From Bacilli bacterium (GTDB taxonomy: Bacteria; Bacillota_I; Bacilli_A; RF39; UBA660), in contig JAFUTR010000017.1 in NCBI GenBank assembly GCA_017477845.1, forward strand, positions 447 to 64,446: a stretch of 64,000 bases of DNA, given 5' to 3'. This document shows, in pieces, positions 24,884 through 35,462 of this stretch; within the stretch, counting starts at the first letter, position 1; each line of letters opens with the position of its first letter. The position numbers were made by a program, and so were the translations under genes. Under the pieces are notes generated by a model, which searched no databases, had not been told where the DNA came from, and saw only the letters and a list, made by a program, of their open reading frames with translations.

Positions 24884-25642
24884 TTATTTTGTCAACTCTT
24901 CTATAGTTTTTATAATTTCATTTGCTATCAAATTATATCCATACGTATTAGGGTGAATGTTTAAAGGATTCGGTAAAGCTTTTTCATTACCATCAAAAAT
25001 ATCAAATATGTTTATATAGTTTACATTTAGTTCATCGCATAATTCTTCTAAATTATTATTATAATATTTAACATATTCATCTATTTCACTTTTATAATTA
25101 ATTAATCTTGGAAGAGGGTTATAATATCCAGTTACTATAATACTTCCTTTTGCATATTGCTTAATTAATATAATCAAATCTTTTAGTTCCATAATTATAA
25201 TGTCAATATCTTTTTTAGATTTTGCTTTATCACTTAGTTTTTCTTCAATATTTTCTATAGTAATTCCTTTTATAAAATCATTAGCTCCAATTGTAAGTGT
25301 GACTAAATCTGACTCCCTAAGTTCTTCTTTTAGATATAAGACTCTATTCATAGTTTCTATTTTTTTATTTTTTTCTATATCATTTGTTAAGTCTTTTATA
25401 GTATAACCTGATTTGGCAAACATCTTGGTATATGACTTTAATAATTTATTTTTTTCTAAATAGTCTTTTATGTAATCTGGATAGCCAAAATCCACATTTG
25501 AATATGCATTCATTCCCTCAGCTATCGAGTCACCCAAAGCAATATAATTTATTTTTTTAGATTCTTTTGAAAAAAGATTATATATTCCAAAAACAAATAT
25601 AAAAGAACAAAATAGTATTATTACTTTAACTTTTCTACTCAT
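24884..25642 (-). CDS. SGNH/GDSL-family hydrolase, membrane-anchored
   Basis: N-terminal TM segment, GDS block (YIALGDSIAEG), a GxND block (TIGANDF) and a C-terminal His region. Confidence 0.75.
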   Translation of the reverse strand: MSRKVKVIILFCSFIFVFGIYNLFSKESKKINYIALGDSIAEGMNAYSNVDFGYPDYIKDYLEKNKLLKSYTKMFAKSGYTIKDLTNDIEKNKKIETMNRVLYLKEELRESDLVTLTIGANDFIKGITIENIEEKLSDKAKSKKDIDIIIMELKDLIILIKQYAKGSIIVTGYYNPLPRLINYKSEIDEYVKYYNNNLEELCDELNVNYINIFDIFDGNEKALPNPLNIHPNTYGYNLIANEIIKTIEELTK

Positions 25643-25660
25643 AATATCTCCTTGATAATA

Positions 25661-26917
25661 CTATTCTATTTCTTCAATCTTTATTTTAGCACCTACATCT
25701 GTTAATTTTTCTACTATTCCTTCGTATCCTCTCAATATGTATTCAACATTTCTTATTGTTGTTGTTCCATCTGCAATTAACGCTGCTGTTACAAGTGATG
25801 CACCTGCTCTTAAATCTGTAGCAGATACTTCACATCCTTTTAAATTATTAGGACCTACAAATGTTGCAACCATTCCTTCACTTTTGCAACTCATGCCCAT
25901 TTTTTCTAATTCTTTTAAATGCATGAATCTATTTTCAAATATTGTTTCCTCTACTATAGATGTTCCATTACATCTTGAGAAAAGGATTGAAAAAGGTTGT
26001 TGTAAGTCAGTTGGGAATCCTGGATACACCATTGTTTTTATATGAGTCTTTTTATAATTATTTCTAGCATTTACTATTATATAATCACTTCCGATTTGTA
26101 AGTCTCCACCCATTTCAACTAACTTAGAAGTAACTGATTCAAGATGTTCTGGTATTACATTATATACTTTTAAATTTTCTCCAAGAAGCGCTCCAATTAT
26201 TATATATGTTCCTGCTTCTATTCTATCTGGTATTACTTCATGAAAGCATCCATGTAATTTATCTACACCTGTTATCCTTATTTCAGATGTTCCTGCTCCT
26301 GTTATCTTAGCACCCATATTATTTAGATATGTTGCAATATTAACTATTTCTGGCTCTTTTGCAGCATTATCTATTATTGTTTTACCTTTAGCTAGTGTTG
26401 CTGCAAGCATTATGTTTATAGTTGCACCAACTGATGCTATATCAAGATAGATATTTGCTCCTTTTAATTCTTTGGCTTCCACAATGTATTTTTCATTTTC
26501 ATTTGTAATTGTTGCACCTAATGCTTCAAAACCTTTTAAATGTAGATCTATTGGTCTTGATCCAATTGAACATCCCCCAGGAAGAAATATTTCTACATGC
26601 TTATATTTTCCTAAAAGGGCCCCCATAAAGTAATAAGAAGCACGTAGTTTTTTTGTAAATTCTTTTGGTATTTCTTTATTAACAATTGTGCTAGGGCTTA
26701 TAACTACACTTTCTGATGCACGTCTAACATCTGCTCCTAAGTACTCAAGCATTTCGCATAATACATCAGTATCTGTTATTTCTGGAACATTACAGATTGT
26801 AACATCTGTATCTGCAAGAATTGATGCTGGAAGAAGCGCAACTGAACTATTTTTTGCACCGCTAATCTTTATTGTTCCAGATAATTTATTTTTCCCTTCT
26901 ATTTTCATGACTTTCAT
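25661..26917 (-). CDS. murA: UDP-N-acetylglucosamine 1-carboxyvinyltransferase
   Basis: 418 aa with canonical MurA sequence (ISGAKNSSVALLPA, LPGGCSIGSRPIDLHLKG). Confidence 0.92.
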   Translation of the reverse strand: MKVMKIEGKNKLSGTIKISGAKNSSVALLPASILADTDVTICNVPEITDTDVLCEMLEYLGADVRRASESVVISPSTIVNKEIPKEFTKKLRASYYFMGALLGKYKHVEIFLPGGCSIGSRPIDLHLKGFEALGATITNENEKYIVEAKELKGANIYLDIASVGATINIMLAATLAKGKTIIDNAAKEPEIVNIATYLNNMGAKITGAGTSEIRITGVDKLHGCFHEVIPDRIEAGTYIIIGALLGENLKVYNVIPEHLESVTSKLVEMGGDLQIGSDYIIVNARNNYKKTHIKTMVYPGFPTDLQQPFSILFSRCNGTSIVEETIFENRFMHLKELEKMGMSCKSEGMVATFVGPNNLKGCEVSATDLRAGASLVTAALIADGTTTIRNVEYILRGYEGIVEKLTDVGAKIKIEEIE

Positions 26918-27066
26918 GATATCACCGCCTATAATATTTTATTTTTTTAATTCTTTTTTGCCACAAAAGTTTAAATTTCTTCTTATACTTTAATTTTAAA
27001 CATATTGATTAAAGTAGTCAATAACACTTTTAAAATTGTACATTAATAAAGACATAATAATATTTA

Positions 27067-27588
27067 TTATGCCTTTAAGTATTTGTTTAGTATTTCTTGA
27101 ACGAAAAATTTATACTCTATTTTGTTATTATCATCTATGTTACAAAGAGGCGGATATAATACACACCAATAATTACTTCCTTTTCCTTCTCCAAGTGTTA
27201 CAACAAGTGACTCATAATATCCTTCTTTATACTTAACATCATGAAATATTTTTTCTGGGAAATAGTTCATTCCATAATTAATTTTAAATTTTTTACTATA
27301 ATTAAAATCATTTAGTTTTTTTTCCACATAATTTGTTAAAAAATTATAATTATTTTCTATTTTTTCTCTTGCTTCATTAATATTATCAGAGTCAATTATT
27401 ATTTTTTCCACTTCTTGATTTAATTCTTTACTTAATTCTTCTTTTATTTTTATATCGTTTTCATTATTGCTGTTTGCTATCACTCTTATTCTAATTGCTT
27501 CTTCTGGGATTAATATTATTTTCTCTTCATTTATACTCAATAAGTACAATGACATTATTATTCCTAACACTATTATTATCTTTTTCAA
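27067..27588 (-). CDS. spoIIR: stage II sporulation protein R
   Basis: Signal/TM segment followed by IRIRVIANSNNENDIKIKEEL...WCVLYPPLC, typical of SpoIIR. Confidence 0.75.
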   Translation of the reverse strand: MKKIIIVLGIIMSLYLLSINEEKIILIPEEAIRIRVIANSNNENDIKIKEELSKELNQEVEKIIIDSDNINEAREKIENNYNFLTNYVEKKLNDFNYSKKFKINYGMNYFPEKIFHDVKYKEGYYESLVVTLGEGKGSNYWCVLYPPLCNIDDNNKIEYKFFVQEILNKYLKA

Positions 27589-27649
27589 TTTATCACCTAA
27601 TAATTATTGTTAGATTTTATTGTTTTTTAAACAAAAAATAGGATTTCTC

Positions 27650-28465
27650 CTATTTACTTAGTATAAAAAGCATTCTATCACGTTCTTGTAAATCTTTTTT
27701 TACAATTATTTCTATATTATTTAGATAGAAATTCGCTATTTTTTTTATAGATTCACTTTGATCTTGACCTATTTCAAAGGCGATAAGAAATTTTTCATTT
27801 AAATATTTTTTTATATCTTTCAAAATTCTTTCGTAATACAAAAGTCCATTTTCTCCTCCATATAATGCAATTGAAGGTTCATTATTTTTTACAATTTCTT
27901 CTATTTCTTCATTATTTCTAATATATGGTGGATTACTAATTATACAATCATACTTTTCATTTATTTTATCAAATAAGTCACTATTTATAACTTTAATGTC
28001 TAGATTATATTTATTTTTATTGATATTTGCAACTTTCAGTGCGTCACTACTTATATCTGAAATTGTAACAATTGAAGTAGGTATTTTTGTTTTTATGCTA
28101 ATACCTATTGCTCCACTTCCACAGCATAAATCCAGTACTTTGGGGTTTGTAAATCTTTCGTTTATTATTTTGATAGAATTTTCTACTAACTCTTCTGTCT
28201 CAAACCGTGGTATAAGTACATTTTCATCAACATATAATTCTATTCCGTAAAAATTGACACTATTAGTTATGTATTGAAGTGGCTTATTATTCTTTCTTGC
28301 ATCAATCATTTTTTTGAATTTATCCTCTTCAACTGTCGATAATTCTTTATTTAAATAATTGATTAATTCAAGTGTATCATATCCCGTAACCATTGATAAG
28401 AGAATTTTAGCATCTACTGATGAGAGATATTTTTTCCCAAAGATTATTCCTTCTTCGATTGTCAT
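27650..28465 (-). CDS. prmC: peptide chain release factor N5-glutamine methyltransferase
   Basis: DLCCGSGAIGI and NPPY motifs. The start is set at ATG 28465 (TAAAATG junction with the prfA stop) rather than the overlapping track start. Confidence 0.85.
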   Translation of the reverse strand: MTIEEGIIFGKKYLSSVDAKILLSMVTGYDTLELINYLNKELSTVEEDKFKKMIDARKNNKPLQYITNSVNFYGIELYVDENVLIPRFETEELVENSIKIINERFTNPKVLDLCCGSGAIGISIKTKIPTSIVTISDISSDALKVANINKNKYNLDIKVINSDLFDKINEKYDCIISNPPYIRNNEEIEEIVKNNEPSIALYGGENGLLYYERILKDIKKYLNEKFLIAFEIGQDQSESIKKIANFYLNNIEIIVKKDLQERDRMLFILSK

Positions 28466-28466
28466 T

Positions 28467-29531
28467 TTATTCTCCAGCAAGGATTCTTCTTTGATCTTCT
28501 GTAATAAGTGCTTCAATAATTGGTTCTAAGTCACCTTCCATAACTCTATCAAGTTGCATTAGGGTAAATCCAATTCTATGATCAGTTACTCTATTTTGTG
28601 GGTAATTGTATGTTCTTATCTTTTCTGATCTATCACCAGTTCCTATTTTACTACGTCTTTCTGCTCCTTCTTTTTCTTCTTTTTCTTGTAATTTCATGTT
28701 ATAAAGTCTAGTCTTTAAGGTATTTAATGCCATTTCTTTATTCTGGGTTTGACTTCTCCCTACTTGACAATATACGATTGTTCCTGTTGGTATATGAGTA
28801 ACTCTTACAGCAGAGTCAGTTGTATTAACTCCTTGCCCTCCTGCTCCACTTGACCTTGTTATATCTATTCTTACTTCACTCATATCTAGTTCAAAATCAA
28901 ATTCTTCTGCTTCAGGCATGGCAATTACTGTAGCAGTTGATGTATGAACACGTCCCTGCGTTTCAGTTACTGGAACTCTTTGAACACGATGTGCACCACT
29001 TTCATACTTCATTTTTGAATATACATTTTGTCCTTTTATCATAAAGCTTACAAGGGAAAATCCTCCACCTTCAGAGTATTCTTCAGTAATAGGTTCAATT
29101 TTCCACCCTTGTTTTTCAGCATACTTTAAATACATTCTATATAAGTCTCCAGCAAAAATATTAGCTTCGTCTCCTCCTGCTGCTCCTCTTATTTCAACAA
29201 TTACATTTTTACCATCATTAGGATCTTTTGGTATTAGTAATATCTCTATTTTATGCTCCAATTCACTTTTTTTAATTTCAAGACTATCTAGTTCTTCTTT
29301 GGCAAAGTCTCCAAGTTCAGGGTCTTTTGCCATTTCTTTTGCAGCATCAATATCTTCAAGTACTTTTTTATACTCTTCATATGTGTTTACTGTCTGTTCT
29401 AAATCTTTTGATTCTTTAGATAATTCTCTTGTTTTTTTAATATCTTTTAATACTTCCGGATCAAGTAATTCTTTATTTAATGTTTCATATCTTTCTTTAA
29501 TAATATTTAATCTTTCTATCATTTCACTCAT
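28467..29531 (-). CDS. prfA: peptide chain release factor 1
   Basis: PVTETQGR (PxT) and SGAGGQGVN (GGQ) motifs. Confidence 0.97.
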   Translation of the reverse strand: MSEMIERLNIIKERYETLNKELLDPEVLKDIKKTRELSKESKDLEQTVNTYEEYKKVLEDIDAAKEMAKDPELGDFAKEELDSLEIKKSELEHKIEILLIPKDPNDGKNVIVEIRGAAGGDEANIFAGDLYRMYLKYAEKQGWKIEPITEEYSEGGGFSLVSFMIKGQNVYSKMKYESGAHRVQRVPVTETQGRVHTSTATVIAMPEAEEFDFELDMSEVRIDITRSSGAGGQGVNTTDSAVRVTHIPTGTIVYCQVGRSQTQNKEMALNTLKTRLYNMKLQEKEEKEGAERRSKIGTGDRSEKIRTYNYPQNRVTDHRIGFTLMQLDRVMEGDLEPIIEALITEDQRRILAGE

Positions 29532-29588
29532 CTCTTCTTTTCTAATTATATTATATCAAAAATATTGATTTAAAAAAAGAGACTAAAA

Positions 29589-30029
29589 TTACTGTTCTAA
29601 TTCTAGTTCTTCTTCATCTAATACAACTAAATCTTTTAAATCATCATCGCCATCATCAAAGTCATCATCATCTGATATTTGACTATCATAATCATCGTCT
29701 TCTTCAGTTATCTCATCTTTGATTTCTACTTCTTCCTCTTCCTCTTCTTCTTCATTATCATCTGCTTTAGCAACTTTATCAGAAGTATGTCTTTTTCTTA
29801 AATCCCACTTTCCATCTTCTAATAATAAGAAGTTTTTATCTGTTGTAAGAGTTGTATAATAGTCCCCAATCTTCTTTTCTATAGATGATTTTGGAAGTTC
29901 CAATAATTCTGCTATTTTATTAAAAAGCTCAAGTGTGTTCATTGCTCCTTTTTCCTCTAATATCAAAGATGTTATTTCCTTATATGAAAGTAATTCTAAA
30001 TCTTCTTTTTTCATCTTATCTATTTTCAT
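29589..30029 (-). CDS. rpoE: RNA polymerase delta subunit
   Basis: N-terminal HARE-HTH-like domain (LSYKEITSLILEEKGAMNTLELFNKI...) plus a long Asp/Glu tail. Confidence 0.8.
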   Translation of the reverse strand: MKIDKMKKEDLELLSYKEITSLILEEKGAMNTLELFNKIAELLELPKSSIEKKIGDYYTTLTTDKNFLLLEDGKWDLRKRHTSDKVAKADDNEEEEEEEEVEIKDEITEEDDDYDSQISDDDDFDDGDDDLKDLVVLDEEELELEQ

Positions 30030-30119
30030 AGTTTCTTTCCTCCAACTAATAATTCAATTTAATAGTAAAAATACTCAAATAAACTTATATCACTATTTAT
30101 ATTTAAAAGCAATATTTTT

Positions 30120-31874
30120 TTACATTTTTTCAGGACATTTAATTCCCATTATATTTAATAACAACATATTTGTGTCATATACTACTTTTGTAAGTACTAA
30201 CCACGATTCTCTTAAGTCTTCATTTTCAAGAGTAATAATCTTGTTTTCTGAATAAAATTTATTATATATACTCGTTAGTTTATAAATGTATTCCGCTATT
30301 TCATTAATAGATTTAGAGTCATATGCTCTTTTTAGTACATTTGGTAATGTAAGTAAAGTAATGACAATTTCCTTATCTGTTTCGTTATTAATTATCTTAT
30401 AGTCATTATATTTAATATTTGATTCATCTGCCTTATTTAATAAAGATTTCATTCTTATAGTTGAATATAATAAATATGGTCCTGTTTTACCATCTAAATC
30501 ACTAAATTTAGCTGGATCAAAGCAGTAATCTGTTGCTCTAAATGGAAGTAAATCAGCATATTTTAAAGCAGCTATTGCAATAAGCTCTGATGTTTCTTCT
30601 ACTTTTTCTTCTTCCACAATATTTCTATTAATTCTTTTTTTACATTCATCTTTAATTAAATTAATTAACATTTCAAGAGGCATTACTCCACCTGATCTTG
30701 TTTTAAATGGTTTCCCATCTTTTCCATTCATAGTTCCAAAGCCATAAAAACCTAATTTAGTATTTTCATCTACTATTTTAGATTTGTATGCTCCGCGAAA
30801 TACTTGAGTAAAATGTAATTCTTGTCTTATATCTGTTGTATACCAAATCTCATCTAATTTAAATCTTTTCATTCTTCCATATATTGTTGCTAAATCAGTT
30901 GTCGCATATAAATATGCTCCATCACTTTTTCTTAGTAGTAATGGCGGGATTTCTTTATCATCTGTATCTTCTTTTACATCCATGATTATTGCTCCATCAC
31001 TTTCATAAATAAGATTTTTTGATTCAAGATATTTGAATAGTTCTTTAATGTATTTAAAACTATCCATTTCCCCTTCCCATAAATCAAAATTAGTATTTAT
31101 TCTATCATATATATTCTTAATATCTCTTTTAGATAATGTGCTAACCTTCTCCCAAATCTTAGTATATACTATGTCATTATTTTGAATTTGATATGTTATT
31201 TGTCTTGCTTCGTTTAGATAATTTTCATCTTCCTTGCTTTTTTGTGATGCAGTTGGATATATATCTTTTAAATCTTCTATTGTTATTGGTAAGTTAAAAT
31301 CTTCTCCATTATAATTTTCTTTAAAGCATGGTAAATCTTTATATCTATTTTTTATTTCTAAAACTACTAATCCAGCTTGAAGGCCTGAATCTCCTAAATG
31401 AACATCACTAATTGTATTATGCCCAAGTGTCTTAGCAAGTCTTTTTAAAGCTTCACCAATATTAGCACTTCTTAAGTGCCCTACGTGAAGAGTTTTTGCT
31501 ACATTTGCTCCTCCATAATCTAAAAGAATGTTTTTAGGGTTCATTTTATCAATATTATTATTAATATCACTTTTTATTTCATTTATGTATTTTATCAAAG
31601 AACCATTACTTATTGAAACATTTATGAATCCTGCTCCTGCTATGTTAATGTTTTCAAAATTATTATCTTTATCTAATTCTTCTTTTATATCTTTTGCTAT
31701 GTCAACAGGATTTTTATGATATATTTTTGCAAGAGTCATTGCATCATTTATTTGGAACTCTCCTAAGTCTCTTCTGTTTGATGTTGAAATAGTAATATGG
31801 CTATCATATCCTTTATTCTTTGCTATATCATTTATTATTTTTTCATATTCATTAATCTTACTCATTTGATTCAC
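30120..31874 (-). CDS. argS: arginine--tRNA ligase
   Basis: 584 aa with the class I motif HVGHLRS. Synteny with the preceding DUF1934 gene matches Bacillus ywiB-argS. Confidence 0.9.
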   Translation of the reverse strand: MNQMSKINEYEKIINDIAKNKGYDSHITISTSNRRDLGEFQINDAMTLAKIYHKNPVDIAKDIKEELDKDNNFENINIAGAGFINVSISNGSLIKYINEIKSDINNNIDKMNPKNILLDYGGANVAKTLHVGHLRSANIGEALKRLAKTLGHNTISDVHLGDSGLQAGLVVLEIKNRYKDLPCFKENYNGEDFNLPITIEDLKDIYPTASQKSKEDENYLNEARQITYQIQNNDIVYTKIWEKVSTLSKRDIKNIYDRINTNFDLWEGEMDSFKYIKELFKYLESKNLIYESDGAIIMDVKEDTDDKEIPPLLLRKSDGAYLYATTDLATIYGRMKRFKLDEIWYTTDIRQELHFTQVFRGAYKSKIVDENTKLGFYGFGTMNGKDGKPFKTRSGGVMPLEMLINLIKDECKKRINRNIVEEEKVEETSELIAIAALKYADLLPFRATDYCFDPAKFSDLDGKTGPYLLYSTIRMKSLLNKADESNIKYNDYKIINNETDKEIVITLLTLPNVLKRAYDSKSINEIAEYIYKLTSIYNKFYSENKIITLENEDLRESWLVLTKVVYDTNMLLLNIMGIKCPEKM

Positions 31875-32202
31875 CTTCTATTAAAAGATTAAATTTTATA
31901 TTTTCATCACCTATAGTATATATAAATTCCATTTTCTTTTTGTCTATATTTTTTTTAATTACTATAATATTAAAAGACATATTATTACTTTTATCAATTA
32001 TATTTACTAATTTTTTATTGAAGTCTAATATTATTTTATTTTCTTTTTTTGTCTTAGTTAATCTATTAATTGCTTTATCAAAGATATATTCATCATTGTT
32101 ATCATTAAATGTTATTATATCTTTATTTAATTTTGCAATTCCTTCATATTTAAATGGATTATTTTTGTTTTCTATAGTTAATTTAATTCTTATTTTTTTC
32201 AT
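31858..32202 (-). CDS. DUF1934-like small beta-barrel protein
   Basis: Upstream partner of argS. The start is set at ATG 32202, with GGTGA upstream. The track start at 32214 is a GTG. Confidence 0.55.
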   Translation of the reverse strand: MKKIRIKLTIENKNNPFKYEGIAKLNKDIITFNDNNDEYIFDKAINRLTKTKKENKIILDFNKKLVNIIDKSNNMSFNIIVIKKNIDKKKMEFIYTIGDENIKFNLLIEGESNE

Positions 32203-32308
32203 ATTTATCACCACTGAAAATACAACACGAATTATAACATATTATTTTAATTTTTAATACATATTTTTTTATTATTTAATCACAATATAACTGAAACGGA
32301 ATGATTAT

Positions 32309-34261
32309 ATGAAAATATTTAGACGTATTATGAAGTTTGTTATCTTATCTTCTATTATTTTATTTGTCCTTTTTTTTGGACTTTATGGTTATTCTAAATT
32401 GTCAATGAAACTTGAAATAAGGAATGCTAATAATATAGCACTTTATGATAAAGATGGAAATATTTTTTTTATGGGAAATGGCACAAATGAATGGATAAAT
32501 ATAGAAGATATATCTGAGTTTCTAATTGATGCTACTATTTCAACAGAAGATAAAAACTTCTATAATCATTTTGGATTTGATTTTTTAAGAATAGCCAAAG
32601 CAGGTTGGACAAATCTTATCAATAGAAAAGCATTACAAGGAGCATCTACCATATCACAGCAATATGTTAAAAATTTGTTTTTAGATTTTGACAAAACATG
32701 GGAGAGAAAATGGAATGAATTGTGGCTTACTTTAAATATAGAAATCCATTATTCTAAAGATGAAATTTTAGAAGGTTATTTAAATACAATAAACTATGGT
32801 CATGGAATGTATGGAGTAATGAATGCAAGTAAATTCTATTTTGGAAAAAGTGCTCATGACCTTGATTTGGCAGAAGCAGCTATGCTTGTAGGTATTCCAA
32901 AATCACCTTCTAATTATTCTCCTTTAATAAACTTTGATTTAGCTAAAGAAAGACAATACTTAGTTCTTTCACAGATGGTTAAAAATGATTATATTACACA
33001 AAAAGAAATGGATGATGCATATTTAGAGAATTTAGAAATAATTGGGAAAAAAAATAATATTAATTTATCAACAGTTATGTACTATCAAGATGCTGTTATG
33101 AAAGAACTTGAATCAATTGATATTCCAAAATCATTTTTGGATACTGGTGGTTTAAAAATATATACTGCATTTGATATAAATGCCCAAAAAACGTTAGAAG
33201 AAAAAGTAAATAATAATTTAAAAAATAATGATGAAATTCAAAGTAATGCGGTTATGATGGATCCAAATAACGGAAGAATTATTGCACTTTTAGGTGGTAG
33301 AGATTATTCTTTATCTCAATATAATCGTTCTACTTCGTCTTATAGACAAGTTGGATCTGTTATAAAACCTATTTTGTATTATGATGCACTAGAAAATGGT
33401 TTTACTGCATCTACTTGTTTCACAAGTGAAGAGTCAACTTTTGTTTTTTCTAATAATCAAGAGTATTCTCCACGCAATGCTAGCGATGTTTATGCTAATA
33501 AGCCAATTTCTATGGCTGCAGCTATTGCTTATTCAGATAATATATATGCTGTTAAAACTCTTTTATTTTTGGGATCTGACTCCCTTATTTCTATGGCTAA
33601 AAGATTAGGATTTACTACTAAAATGAACAGTGTCCCATCTCTTGCTCTTGGTACTAGTGAAATGAATATTATTGAGCTTACTTCTGCTTATTCAACTTTT
33701 GCAAATTTAGGTTATAAAGTTGATCCTCATCTTATATTAAAGATATTGGATAAAGATGGAAATGTTTTATATGATGCTAATGAAGAAAAAAATTTGATTT
33801 TAAACTCTAGTCTAGTATTTATTTTAAACAATCTACTTACTAATACATATGACTCTAGTATGATTGATTATAATTATCCAACTGTTATTGGTATTGCTAA
33901 TAAATTAAGTAGAAAATACTCTATAAAATCTGGTACAACTGCTACTGATAGTTGGACTGTTGGATATACTCCAAACTTAGTGATGTCTATTTGGATTGGA
34001 TATGATGACAATAGAAATATAACAAATAATGATTATATGTATTCAAAAAATATCTTCGCTGATACAATGGAAGAATATTTAAAAGATACAAGCGAAGAAT
34101 GGTATGATATTCCAAATAACGTTGTGGGAGTTTTAGTAGACCCTATTAGTGGTAAATTAATAAATGATAAAAATTCAAAGAGCAAAAAAAAGGTTCTGTA
34201 TTACTTAAAAGGAACAGAGCCTAATGATTCACAAATTGTCTTTGACGAAATTATTGAATAA
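32309..34261 (+). CDS. bifunctional class A penicillin-binding protein (glycosyltransferase/transpeptidase)
   Basis: GT51 motifs EDKNFYNHFGFD and GASTISQQ. Transpeptidase motifs SVIKP, SDN-like and KSGTT. Confidence 0.88.
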   Translation: MKIFRRIMKFVILSSIILFVLFFGLYGYSKLSMKLEIRNANNIALYDKDGNIFFMGNGTNEWINIEDISEFLIDATISTEDKNFYNHFGFDFLRIAKAGWTNLINRKALQGASTISQQYVKNLFLDFDKTWERKWNELWLTLNIEIHYSKDEILEGYLNTINYGHGMYGVMNASKFYFGKSAHDLDLAEAAMLVGIPKSPSNYSPLINFDLAKERQYLVLSQMVKNDYITQKEMDDAYLENLEIIGKKNNINLSTVMYYQDAVMKELESIDIPKSFLDTGGLKIYTAFDINAQKTLEEKVNNNLKNNDEIQSNAVMMDPNNGRIIALLGGRDYSLSQYNRSTSSYRQVGSVIKPILYYDALENGFTASTCFTSEESTFVFSNNQEYSPRNASDVYANKPISMAAAIAYSDNIYAVKTLLFLGSDSLISMAKRLGFTTKMNSVPSLALGTSEMNIIELTSAYSTFANLGYKVDPHLILKILDKDGNVLYDANEEKNLILNSSLVFILNNLLTNTYDSSMIDYNYPTVIGIANKLSRKYSIKSGTTATDSWTVGYTPNLVMSIWIGYDDNRNITNNDYMYSKNIFADTMEEYLKDTSEEWYDIPNNVVGVLVDPISGKLINDKNSKSKKKVLYYLKGTEPNDSQIVFDEIIE

Positions 34262-34814
34262 AAATTTCTACTTCATCTCCTGTTTTAGCAAGAGAGCCAT
34301 TACCATCATCTGTGTCTAAATGCAATTCTAAAGTAAAATCTTCACTTTCTTTGATCCATACATCATCAAAAATTGTTGATTTTTCACTTACTATTTTAGT
34401 AGATACTTTATCGATATTCATAAGTCCTAATTCTTCTCTTTGCTTTCTATTAATATGAAGATGTCTATTTGCTATTATGCAGCAAGGTTTTGTTACTTCT
34501 CCTTTTGGTCCAATTATTGTAATAACAGCAGCACCTTCTAAATCACCACTATTTCTAATTGGTGGATTAATTCCTAATGAATAACTATCTGTTTTTGATA
34601 TTTCTACTTGAGTATATTTTCTAAGTGGTCCCAAGAGTCTTACTCCATCTATATTTCTTTTTTCAGTTTTAAGAGTTACCTTTTTATCACTTGAAAATTG
34701 TCCAGGTTGAACTAAATCCTTTACTTTTCCTAATGGTTCATCACCAAATAAAGTTTTATAATCTTCTTCTGTTAAATGTATATGTCTATTTGATATTCCT
34801 AATAATACTTTCAT
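34251..34814 (-). CDS. pduL: phosphate propanoyltransferase PduL-like
   Basis: Two repeats of the PduL motif (GISNRHIHLTEED and IANRHLHIN). Confidence 0.8.
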   Translation of the reverse strand: MKVLLGISNRHIHLTEEDYKTLFGDEPLGKVKDLVQPGQFSSDKKVTLKTEKRNIDGVRLLGPLRKYTQVEISKTDSYSLGINPPIRNSGDLEGAAVITIIGPKGEVTKPCCIIANRHLHINRKQREELGLMNIDKVSTKIVSEKSTIFDDVWIKESEDFTLELHLDTDDGNGSLAKTGDEVEIFIQ

Positions 34815-34921
34815 ATAATCACCTTCAGTTTTATTATAACATATCTTTTATTATATTTTAATTAATAACTAGTATATTCTAAAATAATTTGTTATAATCA
34901 ATATGATAAGAGGTGTTATGT

Positions 34922-35461
34922 ATGTTCATTTATATAATATTGTGTGTCTTGGTAACTGCAATTTCGATTTTTGTTGCTATTTTAGTTGCTAATATGAATA
35001 AATTTAAAGAGATGAATACTAAAATTAGTATTGCCGAAGATGACGCTAATCAACTTTTACAAAAAAAACTTGATCTTTTGATTAATATTAATGAATGTGT
35101 TAATAAAAAAATAAAAGATAAAGAAAATGATTTATCGAGTGTTATCGAATTAAAGGCAACTAATCTTGATAAGTTTCAGTTAAATACTGAACTATCTAAA
35201 TATGATAAAACAATATTGGAATTAACTGATTTTAATAAAGATATTGAATATAATGACGATGAACTTGAAATATTTGATGAATTAGCAGATACTAGTATTA
35301 AATGTTTATCAGTAGAAAAGTATTATAATGATAATGTTACTAAATATAACAGTCTTGTAAAAGCATTTCCAGCAAGCTTTGTTGCAAAATTAAAACATTA
35401 TAAAAGTAAAGTTTTATTTACTAACGAAAAAGAAGAGATATTTGAAATACTTAAAAAGTAA
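34922..35461 (+). CDS. LemA-family membrane protein
   Basis: N-terminal TM segment plus a LemA-like C-terminus (YYNDNVTKYNSLVKAFPASFVAK). The start is set at ATG 34922, 6 nt after AAGAGGTG. Confidence 0.6.
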   Translation: MFIYIILCVLVTAISIFVAILVANMNKFKEMNTKISIAEDDANQLLQKKLDLLININECVNKKIKDKENDLSSVIELKATNLDKFQLNTELSKYDKTILELTDFNKDIEYNDDELEIFDELADTSIKCLSVEKYYNDNVTKYNSLVKAFPASFVAKLKHYKSKVLFTNEKEEIFEILKK

Positions 35462-35462
35462 A

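Noticed and set aside
28465-28516. The 50-bp overlap between prfA and prmC in the track, and similar overlaps such as dnaB with the M23 peptidase gene. I considered these as possible recoding or unusual coupling.
   Set aside because: In each case a downstream ATG with a proper RBS or a TAAAATG-type junction removes the overlap. They are ordinary translational coupling with over-extended track starts.
29600-29780. GAA/GAT-rich repetitive DNA at the end of 29589..30029, and the AAT/ACA-rich runs at 340-450 and 990-1040.
   Set aside because: These encode the acidic tail typical of RNA polymerase delta and the Asn/Thr linkers of surface proteins. They are compositional features, not independent repeat elements.
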